Positions 25,540 to 38,639 of a stretch of 64,000 nucleotides of DNA are shown here, one piece after another. A program made the position numbers and the translations under genes. Location of the stretch: NCBI RefSeq assembly GCF_009914755.1, contig NC_060932.1; one strand, given 5' to 3'. The notes beneath the pieces are model-generated. The model ran no database searches. It saw only the letters and a program-made list of their open reading frames with translations, and was not told the origin of the DNA. Each line of letters opens with the position of its first letter. Position 1 is the stretch's first letter. The DNA is from the human T2T-CHM13v2.0 reference genome, Homo sapiens.

Positions 25540-25775
25540 TTGGGAAAGGCAAGGCATGATGAAGATGAGAGAAGGCTTTATGAAGATAGAAATGTCTGAG
25601 CTAAGTCCTAAATATTGCAGTCATCCAGGCAGTGAGCACTGGATGGGTGATGAGGAGAGTGGAGGGAGGTATTCCCGACAGAGGCAGCAGCAGGTGCGAA
25701 GCCTCAGAGCTGGGTAGGTAGCACATCAGGAGGTGGGGTACAGCTAAAGCAAAGATGTAAGGCTAGCAAAAGAAG
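25540..25775 (-). mobile_element. L2 fragment
   Basis: gagaaggctttatgaaga...tctgagctaagtcct...attcccgacagaggcagcagc. Confidence 0.6.
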
Positions 25776-25784
25776 TGCTAGCAC

Positions 25785-26018
25785 AGAAGGGATGAATTAA
25801 AAAATGTATGGCATATGCATATGATGTAATATACAACAATTTTAAACAAACTAGCTATACACATATTAGTATGGATAGAACTTAGTAACTTAAAATTCAA
25901 CGGAAAAAACAAGCTACAGTATAATATATGTCACATGAAACATTTATGTAAAGTTTAAAAGTACATTCAATAATACTGATTTTTAATAGTTAAACACAAA
26001 TGTAGCAATATATATACT

Positions 26019-26056
<38 letters not shown>

Positions 26057-26110
26057 CCAGAAGAATATATACCAATATCAGGAAGCTATTGCTCTGGGGA
26101 GAGTGGAAGA
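25785..26110 (+). mobile_element. L1ME 3' fragment with an embedded (GA)n
   Basis: gatgaattaaaaaatgtatggcatatgcat...aaaaaacaagctacag; (GA)n at ~26020-26052. Confidence 0.6.
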
Positions 26111-26339
26111 TAAATAAGACTGCGCATGTTTAGATAAGTCCAACAAATGACGCTCTCGTTCAGTCACTTCAGGACTAAGTAAGAAATAAACGAACAAGCA
26201 AAATAGCATCTGGAGATGAAAATATCACCTCTATTATGATCAGGTCTAGGCTGAGGGATGTGACTTAGGACTGTAGCAAAATAGGCTTCTTGATATTGAA
26301 AACAGACACAGTTGTCCACACTGCCATGCACAATTCCAG

Positions 26340-26580
26340 ACTTACACAGACCCACTCCTGTAGTGGCAGAGCATCTCCCTCTGAAATTAATGTTGTGTTG
26401 CTGGGGAACAGTACCATGATTCCCACCGGCAGGCCTGTTTGCAGATAAGGAGACGCTGCATGCCCCGATCCAATTCCTTTTCCCAAACTCACCAGCAGGA
26501 TAAAAGGCTCCCCTCAGAAGAAAGGCAAGAGGCTGGAGAGGCCAGAATTGCCGGAGTGTCGGAAGTCACCTTTATATAGG
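26340..26580 (-). promoter_or_regulatory. Candidate TATA/Inr core promoter with first exon and splice donors
   Basis: TATATAAAG (26578-26570), Inr-like CA 29 nt downstream (26549), ETS motif cggaagt, donors CTG|GTGAGT (26492) and TGT|GTAAGT (26345); motif evidence only. Confidence 0.35.
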
Positions 26581-26774
26581 AGGAAACAGCAGGAGTGGGC
26601 AGTAACTGTTTCTCCTCTAAAGGGTTTAAAAATAACTTACAAAGCATGCAAGCTTCCAAGAACAACGATTGGAATCTCATTTGCTCACTCGTATGTCTCA
26701 AACACCAACAAGATTGGCTGGCTCACAGTAGGTGCTCAAAAATATTTGTTGAATGCATGAAGACCATATCTTTT

Positions 26775-27295
26775 ACGAATAAAGAAAATGTGGTGTATAT
26801 GTGCACAAAGGAATACTATTCAGCCTTTAAAAAGAAGAAAATTCCATCACGTGTGGCAACATGTATGAACCTGGAGGACGTTATGTTAAAAGAAATAAGT
26901 CAAGCACAGAAATACTGCATGATGTCACATATATGTGGAATCTAAACAGGCTGAACGCATAGAAATAGAGAGAAGACTGGTGGTTACCAGGGCTGGGGGT
27001 GAAGTGGTGGGGAATGGGAAGATGTTGGTCAAAAGGTACAAAGTTTCAGTCTGACTGGAACAGTAAGTTTTTGAGACCTATTGTACAGCATGGAGACTAT
27101 AGTTAGTAATAATGTATTGCATCTTCCAAAACTGCTGGGAGTAGATTGTTAATGTTCTCACCACAAAAAAAATGATAAGAATGTGAGGTGATGGCTATGC
27201 TAATTAGTTGATTCAGTCATTCCACAATGTATACATGCATTAAAACATCATATTGGACCCCACAAATACATAAAATTATTGTCAATTGAAAATAT
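26775..27295 (+). mobile_element. L1MA8/9-like 3' end
   Basis: KEYYSAFKKK..MNLEDVMLKEISQAQK followed by an L1MA 3'UTR. Confidence 0.88.
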
Positions 27296-28584
27296 TTTTT
27301 AAATGACCTGAAGAAAATGTTAAGGAATCTTAACCCTCATTATTTTTTGATGAAAGATACATGGGCATTATAATATTTGCCGCATTTTTCTCTAAGTTTG
27401 AAATATTTCTACACAAAGAGCATATAACGCTGGACATATCTCAGCAGTAAAGGTAGGTTAGGTACAGATTTTGAAGGCAGGTGAATACCTTGTAGACGGG
27501 TTAGGTTCTAAGAAGAGCTGACAAAAAAATTTTGAAGCCACACCACTACTGAATTTATGAGCCTGAGGTCAATTTCCTAGGTTAAAGATCATTTGGGAAA
27601 GGAAAGAGAAGAAGGCAAAATAAAAATTGGTGAAGAAAAAAATTTGGCACCAACTCTGGTGCTATTTTTGCACCCTTCCAATTCTGTTTCTTGGCATGTG
27701 CTTACGGAAAATCCCTCGTCATGGAAACCATGAGTGGAAGAAAGATGTCGCCCCTCAGAGCGTATCGTTTCAGATAGGTGTTGGAACAAAAATACTGTCC
27801 AAGTACCCAGGGTCCAGTCTGTGTGTCATTTCGTTTTGCTGAAGACTGTCTTCCATTAGCCAATATTCTAGCAGTGATGGGAGAAATAATCTGGCCATTA
27901 AAGAGAGTTCTTTTAACACAAACACAAAAAAAGGGAGGTTTTCATAGTGAAATGAGTTGCATAAAATACTTCTAAGTAAGGTTAAGGTTGCTTGAATCAA
28001 GCCTCACTGGTATTGCATTTAAATAGCTAGTTTCCAGGGAGCCCCAACACTGCATAGACACACACAAACACACACAGACACACACACATACATGCACAGC
28101 CTTGCTCATGCCTACTTTCTCTGATCCCTATGACTCAGAATAGGGCTAGCATAAATTTAGCTAGAGCCAGATTCTTTTAGGAAAATTGGGGAACACAATA
28201 TTCTATAGTACTAAGACCAAAGGAGACAAAAGCAGTGACATTTATACAAAATTGTGTTTTAAAAACAAAGTTAGTGGACTCTTGGACAGTAAGAAAAATG
28301 GAGGGGAAGTACTTTGCATGGTGTAATTCATGGATAAGTGTCTAGAGGATGAGAACAAGAGTAATGATATTGGCAGACCAACCCAATTTTCCTAAAAATC
28401 TATCTTCAGGATCCTCTTCCATAACTGTTTCCTGCTTTTTGTTAGCATGTCTTCTTCTTGAACTTTTGGTTGTCTAGATATTTAGAAAAAAAAAATTTAA
28501 ATTATTTTCTCAGGAAGATCACACAGAGAAGCAAAATTTTCCCCCAAAGTTGGAATAAACTAGTTCTTTAACAGTTCTCTCGAG

Positions 28585-28832
28585 GAGACAGTATGACACA
28601 GTGATGAGGAGAATAGGCTCTGGACTCAGGGTACCTATAACAAAATCCTGACCCCAACTATTACCAGCTGTGAGTTGACCTTGAACAAGTAATTTAATCT
28701 ATGACTTAGTTTCCTTGTCTGTAAGTGAAGCTAGTTAATAGTCACTAACTCATTGGACATTAGATAAGTTAATGTGTCAAAGTAACTCAGCAGCATATGT
28801 AACACACAGTAAGCAGTCAATAAATGCTAGCA
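28585..28832 (+). mobile_element. MIR
   Basis: ggctctggactcag...gaccttgaacaagtaatttaatct...agtttccttgtctgtaa...cagtaagcagtcaataaatgctagc. Confidence 0.85.
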
Positions 28833-29330
28833 AATGGGTTACTGACACTTTAAATTATTAATAATAACATATAAGTTTGCATATTTATAGCATGTCCAAC
28901 CTAAGTAATAGGCATGTAACATCAAAACACTTGAGTAACAATGAAAACATGGAACTGATTTAAGTGCATGGTTCTTGACCTCCTCTTTTACTTAATTCTG
29001 TGAGGCAACGAATTGTTTTATCCTGTGTTAATAAAGCTTCACCTGGAAAATCCCTAGAGCCTAAAGTCCTATTTTTATGTCATCCACTTTACATAATGCC
29101 AGATATTGACTACCGTTATTTTTGAATAAGGGATGTGCAAAAGATAAAATACTTGTTCTGGTTTCAATTTTGTCTACATGTTCCTCATGTTTCCCAAGAA
29201 AACTGAAGCCTTTTGAGAATAATGCACCATTTTATTACAAAGAGTGTTAGTGTCAGCATATGCCAAAGAAGCTGTGTCGCACTCTGGAAGTAAGTGTCAG
29301 AAGTAAATATTCGTAATTTAACGAACTTCC

Positions 29331-29890
29331 TGTAGAGAGGACTCCAGGCAGCAGCTCAGTCACAGGTAGCTGTGTTCTCTACCACCTAACCCTGCCATTG
29401 TGACCACAGCAATTTAATTGGGGTGGGCACCCAACTGCAGGGAAGCCAGAAACTTCTGAGATTGCATGACATAAGAGTCTTACCTCCCAATGACACTGAC
29501 CTCTGAACTAATCAGAGCATCCTCCTGGGTGGGACTAGATAGCTACACACAGAAAGGTAGCTGGCTGGTGGTGGAAGCAGATGTGAATACACACCAAAGG
29601 AAGCCTAAACAGGTTGAAATCAGATGCTGACTGAGGAGGGATGGGCTATGGGGAGCCAAGGAAGCAATGAGGTAAATAGGCAGTCACACTGGCTCAACAA
29701 GGCTGCACTCCAGTCGCTACAAGACCTGGCTGTTCAGTGATTCCTATTCTTGTTTAAAACCATTTTTTTCTTTCTTTCTGGCTTTCCTAGAAGATTGGCT
29801 AAGATTCCTGTTTTCTTTATTTTACAGCATTGCCTACATGAGGTGACGTGAATGAATTTCTGTTCTTTGCAAACAAAAGACCCTATAGAA
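29331..29890 (+). mobile_element. Ancient LTR (LTR78/79- or MLT-like)
   Basis: TG start, gggtgggcaccca, aactaatcagagcatc and terminal tttctgttctttgcaaacaaaagacc. Confidence 0.5.
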
Positions 29891-32800
29891 AAACCAAAAT
29901 AACACAAACATTAACTTTTGAACTTAAAATATGTCCCACATTAATGTTGTTTATTGGTGTACCTATGTTCAGTAATTAAAAAAAGTTACGTTTGCAGTAT
30001 TTTAATAGTGGGCAATCTTGTACATTCTAAAGCAAGATTTTTTTATGTTTGCTTTCCATGCCTAATCTATCCAGGGGTTGGGGGGGATCTTCTGAGTATA
30101 TTTCCATTAATAGTTCACATTTTAAGCACTTATATGAATACAACCTATTAGTTACTTTATTCTAATTTCATATAGTGATATTATAATTATTATTATAGAT
30201 TTATTTTGACATAATATTCTTTTTTCCATTGTTTACATTGCAGAAGTTTGAGGATATATAATTTCTAAAAATAATATTGTGCTTTAACTTATAGATAGAA
30301 AACATGATTAGTCTTTTCAGTTATTAAAAATTTATAGCTTTGACAAATTGTATCAAGCAGCCACAGTTGAATTTTGTTCATATAATTAATTCTCTAGATA
30401 TTATTCTATTTAAATAGCTGGTGTTTTTATTTTGCTACATTGAGTGCACATAAACATTTTATTCAGAAACAGTTTTAAACAAAAAAATGAAAACCCATTA
30501 TAAGACTAAATTGTCCTCCCAAATGCTCTCATAGCATTCTGTGAATTTCTATCTATTCAGTTAACGCCTTAGCCTATTCATCGGTGTTCCTCACTAGCTT
30601 GTAAATTCTAGAGGAGTAGAACTGTTTCCTGTATCTTGTGTACCCAGCATCAGGAATATAATAGCTATCCAATAAATTTTTGTTAACTTATACAAGTAAA
30701 AAAATAAAGCATATACAGCCACCTTTTAAAGGACTATAAATAATTTATTTACTTATATGCTGATTGCAGCAGCTATGTGCCTCCATTGAATGCACACTTC
30801 TCAAGTCACTGTTAGACTTATCAGGCCATTGTGCTCCAAAGATGATAAAAGCAGATGGGATATTTCACTGCTTTACCCCAGGAAGGGGAAGGAAAGTGAT
30901 CAAAATTTGTTATCAGAAGTACAAATTAATAAGGCATTAGAACATCATTTGAAACCTAACTTGGTGTGTACTTCCTGTGGCTATTAAGTAATTTAATTAT
31001 TCCTGAAAAGTTTGATATTAAAGACCTTTGATATTGAAGAATTGAAAGCATAGTGAAACCTGTCTTTGTGTGCCCTTTCTTTTTGTGCATTTAATATGGA
31101 GCAGTAGACTCGCTCCACTTCATGCTGATGGAGGTGGAAGGGGGAGACGGAGGTGGAAGCCTGCCACTGAATTTGAATTATGTAGGGAACATAGCCGTGT
31201 TGTACTGTCTTGTCAATATCTCCTTCCAGCTGGTGCTGACATAATTAGGCACATCAAGCACAGAAGAAGACATTTTAAATTCAAAGCACTGTTCCAAGTC
31301 CTGTGAGTAGCTATGAAAGGTGCCTGAAGTAATCAATAACACATGGTAAGGTGTGCAGTTCCAGTAGGTTATCCACCCACCTCAGGTCTATTATAAGACA
31401 CGAAGAAGCAGAAAAGCCAAGATTTCTAACTTCTTAAAGAGTGGCCTTGTTTGAATAGTTTGACTTATTAGAGTGTGTTTTCTTTAAAAATATATATACT
31501 TAGAATTGAATCTTTCATCGCCAGCATAAAGTGTATATACGTAAACTTTCTGAGACCAGGAACATCACCTCCTTTGTTCTCTACTGTACATACCCACAGC
31601 ATCTAACAGGGTATGTTCCAGTTAGTAAGATCTCAATAAATACGTGTCTCAGGGAATAAATAGATAAATGGAGAGCCCTGGTCTTACTTTTCCTTACCAG
31701 TAAAGTGGGAATATATTGTACATTATGGAATTATTATCTGGGTTAGAAAAAAATCAGACAAAACATCTTAGCACACAGCTAATGCTCCATAAAGTGGATA
31801 TATAATAATTAAAATTATATGTGGTTGTAATATAGAATTGAAATTATGATGGAGAATAACCCACAGTTTGGTTTTTACAAATATAACTCGGGCTTCTATC
31901 ACTGTCCTGCCTGACTCTTGCCTGCCCCTTCTTCTCCCCAATCTTTCTCCTTTTTTCTTTTCCAAGCCTCTATTTCTCATAAATTTCTTTTGCAGAGCAG
32001 ATATCACTTTTAAATTTGTCTTTAAAGCCCATGGTTTGAGGGTCTCAGATGCCACTCTTTAAAACACTTACCAAAGTATTTTTCTAAACAAAGACAATTG
32101 TCTCCCAAGAAAAATTTTGGTGCCAGCTAAGATTAATTTTTCACCCACTTCAGATATGTAATTTCCACTGTCATTCATAGAAAGTTCTGTCACAGTTGAA
32201 AAAAAAGACACCATATGGAACAAGGTCCGTAAATACCTTCCTACACCATGTGGGGGTATAAATTTAGTTTGTGATCCAAAAGATTGCAATATCTAAGTGG
32301 TCGTTTTCAAAATTCAAGGTAGAATTCTAGTCATCCTGGGGAGAAGTGAGATCAACAGGTTGAATCTCTGGGCCCTTAAATACTAATACTTTTATTCGCT
32401 TAATAGACATGCATCTGTTTGGGGGGTGGGAGGGATTTCATGCTTAAAGAAAAAAAGGTCTGAAAATTACTGGACAAAATAAGCCAGAGGAATAACCAGA
32501 AAAGGACTGTCCAATAAAAAGTCTATGTCATAAAGCATTAGCAGAAGATAAGATAGTGTTTAGTAGCAATAAACTTTCATCTATTCACAGTATTCTTCAA
32601 GATAATGTATTTATGGCATAGCCTGGGGCCATCAACTGGCAAGTGTACATGGTTTTGGAACATGTCATCTCTGCATATTATCCATGCCTAACTGGAATCC
32701 AAGCAACAGAGGCAAAGCTTGTGATGTAACATACAATGGTATTCCCCTTTTGCCTAATAGCTGTCAATGCTGGTCTATAATAGTAACAAATTGCTTCTCA

Positions 32801-33004
32801 TGAAAAAAAATATGTTTCATACTACTAAAACTTTGATTTAAAAAGTATAAGGTGAATGGCAGAGTTTTTATTCTACATGTTTGAAGAGAGAACAATGATT
32901 ATGATTATGGCCTTCCAATAGCAGCTAATGCTCTTTCAAACAAAATAAGAGCCAATTTTTCTACCACATATGTTAAGAGAGTTTGCAAGGATTACCAAAC
33001 AAAT

Positions 33005-33410
33005 ATTCATGTCCTCTGAGAAGTAGAAGCTAAGGTAGGAGTCAAGGTTTGAGAGATTTACTGAGGGAAACTCCTGTGGAGAATAAAAGTGGGGAAGCAG
33101 GAGTAGGCAGGGAGAGCTTCAGACCACGGTGCGTCTGACATCTCCGAAAGGAGAGGGGGAAGAAAGGAGGCTTAGGCACAAAGACTGCAGCACAGTCCTA
33201 AGAAAGTTTGGGCCAGGCAGTGGAGTCCCCAAGCCAACATTACCGTTCAGAGGAGTCCCGTTTCCTGCTAATACCCGCACAGTGCCCCAACTGGCGCAGC
33301 CTGGCCCCAGACAAGCGCTGATTGTGTATCCACAGGGAGAGCAGCTGGGTCTGTCAGTCAACCACGCTCCCCGCGGCAGGATCTGAGCAGTATGTCTCCA
33401 CTGTCTCCAC
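33005..33410 (-). mobile_element. LTR16-family ERVL LTR
   Basis: gagagatttactgagggaaactcctgtg...ggcagggagagcttcagacca...aggatctgagcag...ctccaca. Confidence 0.75.
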
Positions 33411-33996
33411 ATTTTCCAAGGAGGGAAACTTTGATTCTGAAGAACTGTTAACAATTCTAACCTGGCAGACAATAAATCCACTTCTGCCTTTAATCAATCT
33501 GAAAATCAATTAGCCTTGATCTTTGCTTTCACAGAAAAACTTCTCTCTACAAATAATCTGTCCTAAAACAGGACACGTTCAACTAACTGAAGGATTCCTG
33601 GCTACGTTTCCACAGTTTGTAAAATTTGTTATTTCATGGATACGTGTATCCATTTAACAAGCATGAAGTAATGAAGTAAGTGTCTGCTGAATGCCAGACA
33701 AAACAAATACCATATCTTTCAAATTCTTAACGTACTATTATGCACAGAATATGCATTTTGAACGTTATTCTCAGAATCTAGGATGCACAGCAACCATAAG
33801 ATAGAATGTGCTCAGCGAGTATTTGGTGAGTGAATGGATTAACTGATACCATTTTGTGCAATGGGATTCGCAGTCACCTTGAGAAGATATATTACACTAG
33901 AACATATTCAGAGGGCCCATACTCCTCTTAAACATCTCTACCCTAGAGTCTTTATTCAAAATAATGTATTTTCAGTATATAAAAAGTTGAGAACTA

Positions 33997-34285
<289 letters not shown>

Positions 34286-36060
34286 AAAAAGTTGAGAACC
34301 AAAAACAGTATGACTAGTGATTCATTCATCTTACATTTTTGCAAAATTTTCTGCTTTGGGAAGATACGTTTGGTCACATTTTTATGAATTTTTATATTTG
34401 ATTTTTTTAGGAGCTGCATTTTCTATAGCTTAATCTTTAAGGATAATATAAAACCGAGGATACAAACCATACACTTAATAATGAGATTTCCTTGAAATCA
34501 AAAATGAAAATTTTTTTTCAAGCACTGAGTATTTTAGCCCGACTTAAAAACATCTGATTTTTCCGTTTCCAGCTAACTGTATGGCTTTATAAACTCTGTT
34601 TCCAATAGGATCATATTCTATTAAGTTTAACAAGAAAAATTAATAAAATAAAACCATGATTCCAGAAACAGATGGTACTATGTCCTTTTTTTTTCCAACC
34701 ATGACATATAATACAAAGGCATTTTATAGCAGTAACCCAAGCAGGAAACTATAGTGATACTGTGATTTAAAAACAAAAAATCTTGTTTCTTTCAGCTCTG
34801 TAGATATTTGAGGGACTGGGAGAGTGTCTGTTATCAAAATGGAAAAAGTCAGAAGTACTAAAATCAACCTCTGCATTTACACACAATTTCCTGAAATCGT
34901 ATAAATCACCCTGTAGTACCTTTTTTCCATATCCCTCCTGAAAGACCACTGAGGAATTAACTACAGGGTTTTGAAAGTTGAAGGCATGTTTCAGCTCTGC
35001 AGGATTTGTACAAACCATCAGATGCTACCCAGGCTTGGAAGACAGACATTTATTATATGTTTGTCGTCTGGCCTCTTTTAGGTCTTGCTGTATAGCTCTC
35101 TATTTTTAAATAATAGAAAATCATTATAGGTAATGATTATAGGAGTTCTTGATTTAATTGACCAATTTGGGAATTAAGCCTAAAGGGTTTTTAATTGTTA
35201 TTTTGTAAGCTTTTAGAGTTTCCAGTTACCCCTGTCAATTTCTAAGGAATAACAAAACACATTTTCTAGTTAAAGTGAGAATATTTCCCTGTTGAAAATT
35301 GCCTGTTTTTATTATTGTAAGAATTGGTCCACTGAACTTGGCTCAGCCTCCAAGGTCTCAGCGAGAATGCTATGATTAATGAGGTAGCCATTAATGTCAG
35401 TAGATTGAACAACCAAAATCTGATTATATTAAAGTGCTTCCCAAACATTAGGGTCACATTAACAGTTTATTGAAACAAGCTGATAAAATTTAAAATGGTC
35501 ATCTAATTCCCTTGGGTTCCTAATTGTTGCATGATAAATCACTCTGTAGAGAAATCTATTACAATGTTCCAAATGAGAAAATGTAATTTACTGTACCATT
35601 ACTAGGGTGTTTGAAGCACTTCAGTTCTTTAACGGGAGGATTTTTGCTAAAATGAGAAAAAAATTTAAAAAGTTTAGATTTTTAAAGGGCCTGGCCTTGA
35701 ATAAAACCTCTCTATGATAAATCTTCCAACTATATATTGGGTAAGAAAAATGATGCATTTTATGAGCCTGCATTATGTAAAAACAAATTACATTAAAGTT
35801 CCTTATGAGTCGATTGCTGAAAGTTCAGGGTGAATGAGCCTTTATTGATGCTCATCTACTCTTTAAAAGGAAATCACTGCAGAAATCAACTGTACCGTAC
35901 AAACTAGGTGAAATATTTCTTTACTGTGGAAGTCTGGTCAAGTTCCCTCCAGAGACGGATATCTCTGCTTTGAAAGATAATTTTCAGGGGTCCAAGCAGA
36001 ACAAATGAAATCTTTACGGGTTCAAGCTTCTGATCATGTGTCAATCCCTGAATGCAGTAT

Positions 36061-36177
36061 TTCCAGGAATGACCCAACAGTTTCATATATTGTGAAATAT
36101 TTGAGATCGTGTCGTCATTTATTCCTGGAAGAGCCACTGGCCAAGAGAGAGGGGGAGGGGGTGAGCGTTTCTGGGAA
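36061..36177. promoter_or_regulatory. Cluster of three GAS/STAT5-type motifs
   Basis: TTCCAGGAA 36061-36069, TTCCTGGAA 36122-36130, TTCTGGGAA 36169-36177; function not shown. Confidence 0.4.
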
Positions 36178-36359
36178 TGGTCTGAAAAAGTGGTGACCCC
36201 AATTGTTTTGATGTAGCTGAAGACATAGTTAAAGGAAAGGCATATAAGCGTGTGCAAATAATGGGAAATGGTTAATCTATGTAGTTTATGGAAAGGAAAT
36301 ATTCTGGGCTTTGAAATGCTAATTTACTAGAATTATTATTCAAATTCAAAGAAAAAACA

Positions 36360-36640
36360 TGTTTCCAGGAAGCTCTGCTTGACCCCCTGTCTTCCCCAAC
36401 TCAGAATGGGTTTTGGGTCTCTCTCCCTACATTTCTAAATTGATTGCATAAAGCTTTCACAGAGCACTCACAAGATCATATTGTAATAATTTTTGTGTTT
36501 ATGACCTACTACTTCTTCAAGGACAGTGATTATATTTTGAAACAACTGTTTAATTCCAGATCTTGTCATGATGTCAGATGTAGAGTAAATGTTCAAGAAA
36601 TGCTTACTGAAAAATTAATGAATGAATAAAAAATGAATAG
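36360..36640 (+). mobile_element. L2 3' fragment
   Basis: ttccaggaagctctgcttgacccc...aatgcttactgaaaaattaatgaatgaat. Confidence 0.65.
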
Positions 36641-37639
36641 ATCTCCAAATGGCCAATTTGCCATTTTATTTCCCCAGTACTCCATGGCTATTTTAAATGT
36701 TTAATTTGTAATCAAGATGTCTTTAAAAATACCTTTTATCCCTGTCTTTAATTATATTTTTCATATGACCAGAAATACTTACTTTTGTATCCTTCTCTTT
36801 CATTTACCCATATGTCCTACTAGGAAGGATGTGGTGGGATGAGTGTTATTTGGTGTTAGTACATCCAGTATAGTTTACAAATTCAAGAAAGACAGAGTGG
36901 TTCAAGAATGAACTATGTGTTTAGGGAGCTGGACAGGGGACATTGCGACAGCTGTCAGTGCTTGGAGTGATGGTTACACTTCTAGCCACGAAATGAACCC
37001 TTGAGAAAGCAAGTTATTGAAAAGACTGGTTGAGCCCCATGGAAGATGATGATAACCAGTCCTCAGATTACTACTTATATTTTAAATATCCCCAGTAAAG
37101 TCCAGATACACATATTTCACCTGTTTAAAGAGTTTTGCAGGAGTGTTCAGGTGCTTGTTGGTAATTTCATTCTAGATCTCAGTATCTTAACTGGAGGAAG
37201 GAATAGCAGAGAAAATACAGTACAAAAAGCAAGACTCAACTTCTGCACACAAAGAGAATACAAAGAATTGTCTTAGGTAAGAAGAAAATAGGTGAATCAC
37301 GCTCATGCGTTAAGTTAAATATCAGACCCTTTTATTTTTCTATAGAAAATATTTTATGAGAATAAGATATATCTATATTGAATTTCAAAAGTTAAATATT
37401 TCTGTGGTCCAAGGCTTACAGAATTGATCATTCCACTAGGAGGATAGTCTGTGAATCTCAAAAGGCTATACCATTTTCTTTTTACTTCTGAGAAAAATAT
37501 TCTTTGGCAGAGTGAGAATGTTTAAAATATTTTATTTGTTTTCAGATACTGGCATCTTGCCCTTCATATTTTTAGACTTTAAGCACTAACCCTCTATTTT
37601 GATTACATTGTTGACAAATACAGAGCATTCATTTTTTGG

Positions 37640-37945
37640 TAACTGCTTGGCTGGCTCCCTCACTTCCCTCAAATCTTTGCTCAAATTTCTTCCAATCCAA
37701 GTCTTTCTTTACCATTCTACCTAAAATAGCCCTGCTCCATCACTCTATCCCCATATCCTTTTTGAAAAATTGTTCTCAGGACACTGATATATTATTTATT
37801 TTTAATGCTATTGTATATGTCCTCCCACTTTAATAGAAGTTTCATGAAAACATGATGTTTATTATTTATTTATAGCTGAAACCCCAGGGACTATAACAGT
37901 GCCTGGCATATCATAGGTGCCCCATAAATATTTCTAGAATAGAGA
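37640..37945 (+). mobile_element. L2a 3' fragment
   Basis: ggctggctccctcacttcc...aacagtgcctggcatatcataggtgccccataaatattt. Confidence 0.75.
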
Positions 37946-38639
37946 GAACAGAATGTGTTAGTTGCAAAAGCATCTTCTGTTTTCAGAAAGGCAGGTAATT
38001 TATTAAAGTTGGAATACAGAATGTATATGGGAGTGTAGTGACCAGATGTGCATTTTAGAAAGTTCATTTTGACATCATGCACAGGACAGTTCATTTTTAT
38101 AGCAGTTTTAATGAGCAATATTTTTATAAGACTGGATTTTATCACTTTCGATGGACTTTAATAAGTATTGAATTGAAATAAACATTAACTGAGCATCAAG
38201 AAAGAAAATAAGAAACAAGGGTCCTGGGTAATCTATAAATTGATGTTTCTTAAGTAATTAGACATCAACTTGGCTTGGTATATTTCAAATGCCCTTGGTT
38301 CTTGAGAGTACCATTTTCTTCCTTTTTTCATCTTCAAGGACTTCTATACATAGAAGAAGAAATCTACATTTACTATAGACATTAAGGGAGGTGTGTTTAA
38401 TCTTATGCATAGATCAGAAGGACAAGTAGAGCCAGAACTCAATTGCTTCCTAGATTCGTGGTTCTTATCTCCAATGTAACCCAAAAGCACATGCCATTAT
38501 TCTGACAGGAGGTGCAAAAGCATTCAGTCAAATTCAGAATAATGCTACCTCTCTGATCCCAGCAACCGTTCATGGCTGTGCCCATCTCAGTGAAATCCTT
38601 CTTTTAGAATCTTAACTAATTTGATAAGATAGACAGATA

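Noticed and set aside
26435-26492. Mini-intron between GTGAGT and caaacAG on the minus strand
   Set aside because: At 58 nt it is shorter than typical human introns; alternative donor use is more plausible
31230-31345. Possible plus-strand exon (ctccttccAG acceptor; GTGAGT or GTAAGG donors)
   Set aside because: Splice-like motifs are common by chance, the peptide is unrecognisable and no partner exons were found
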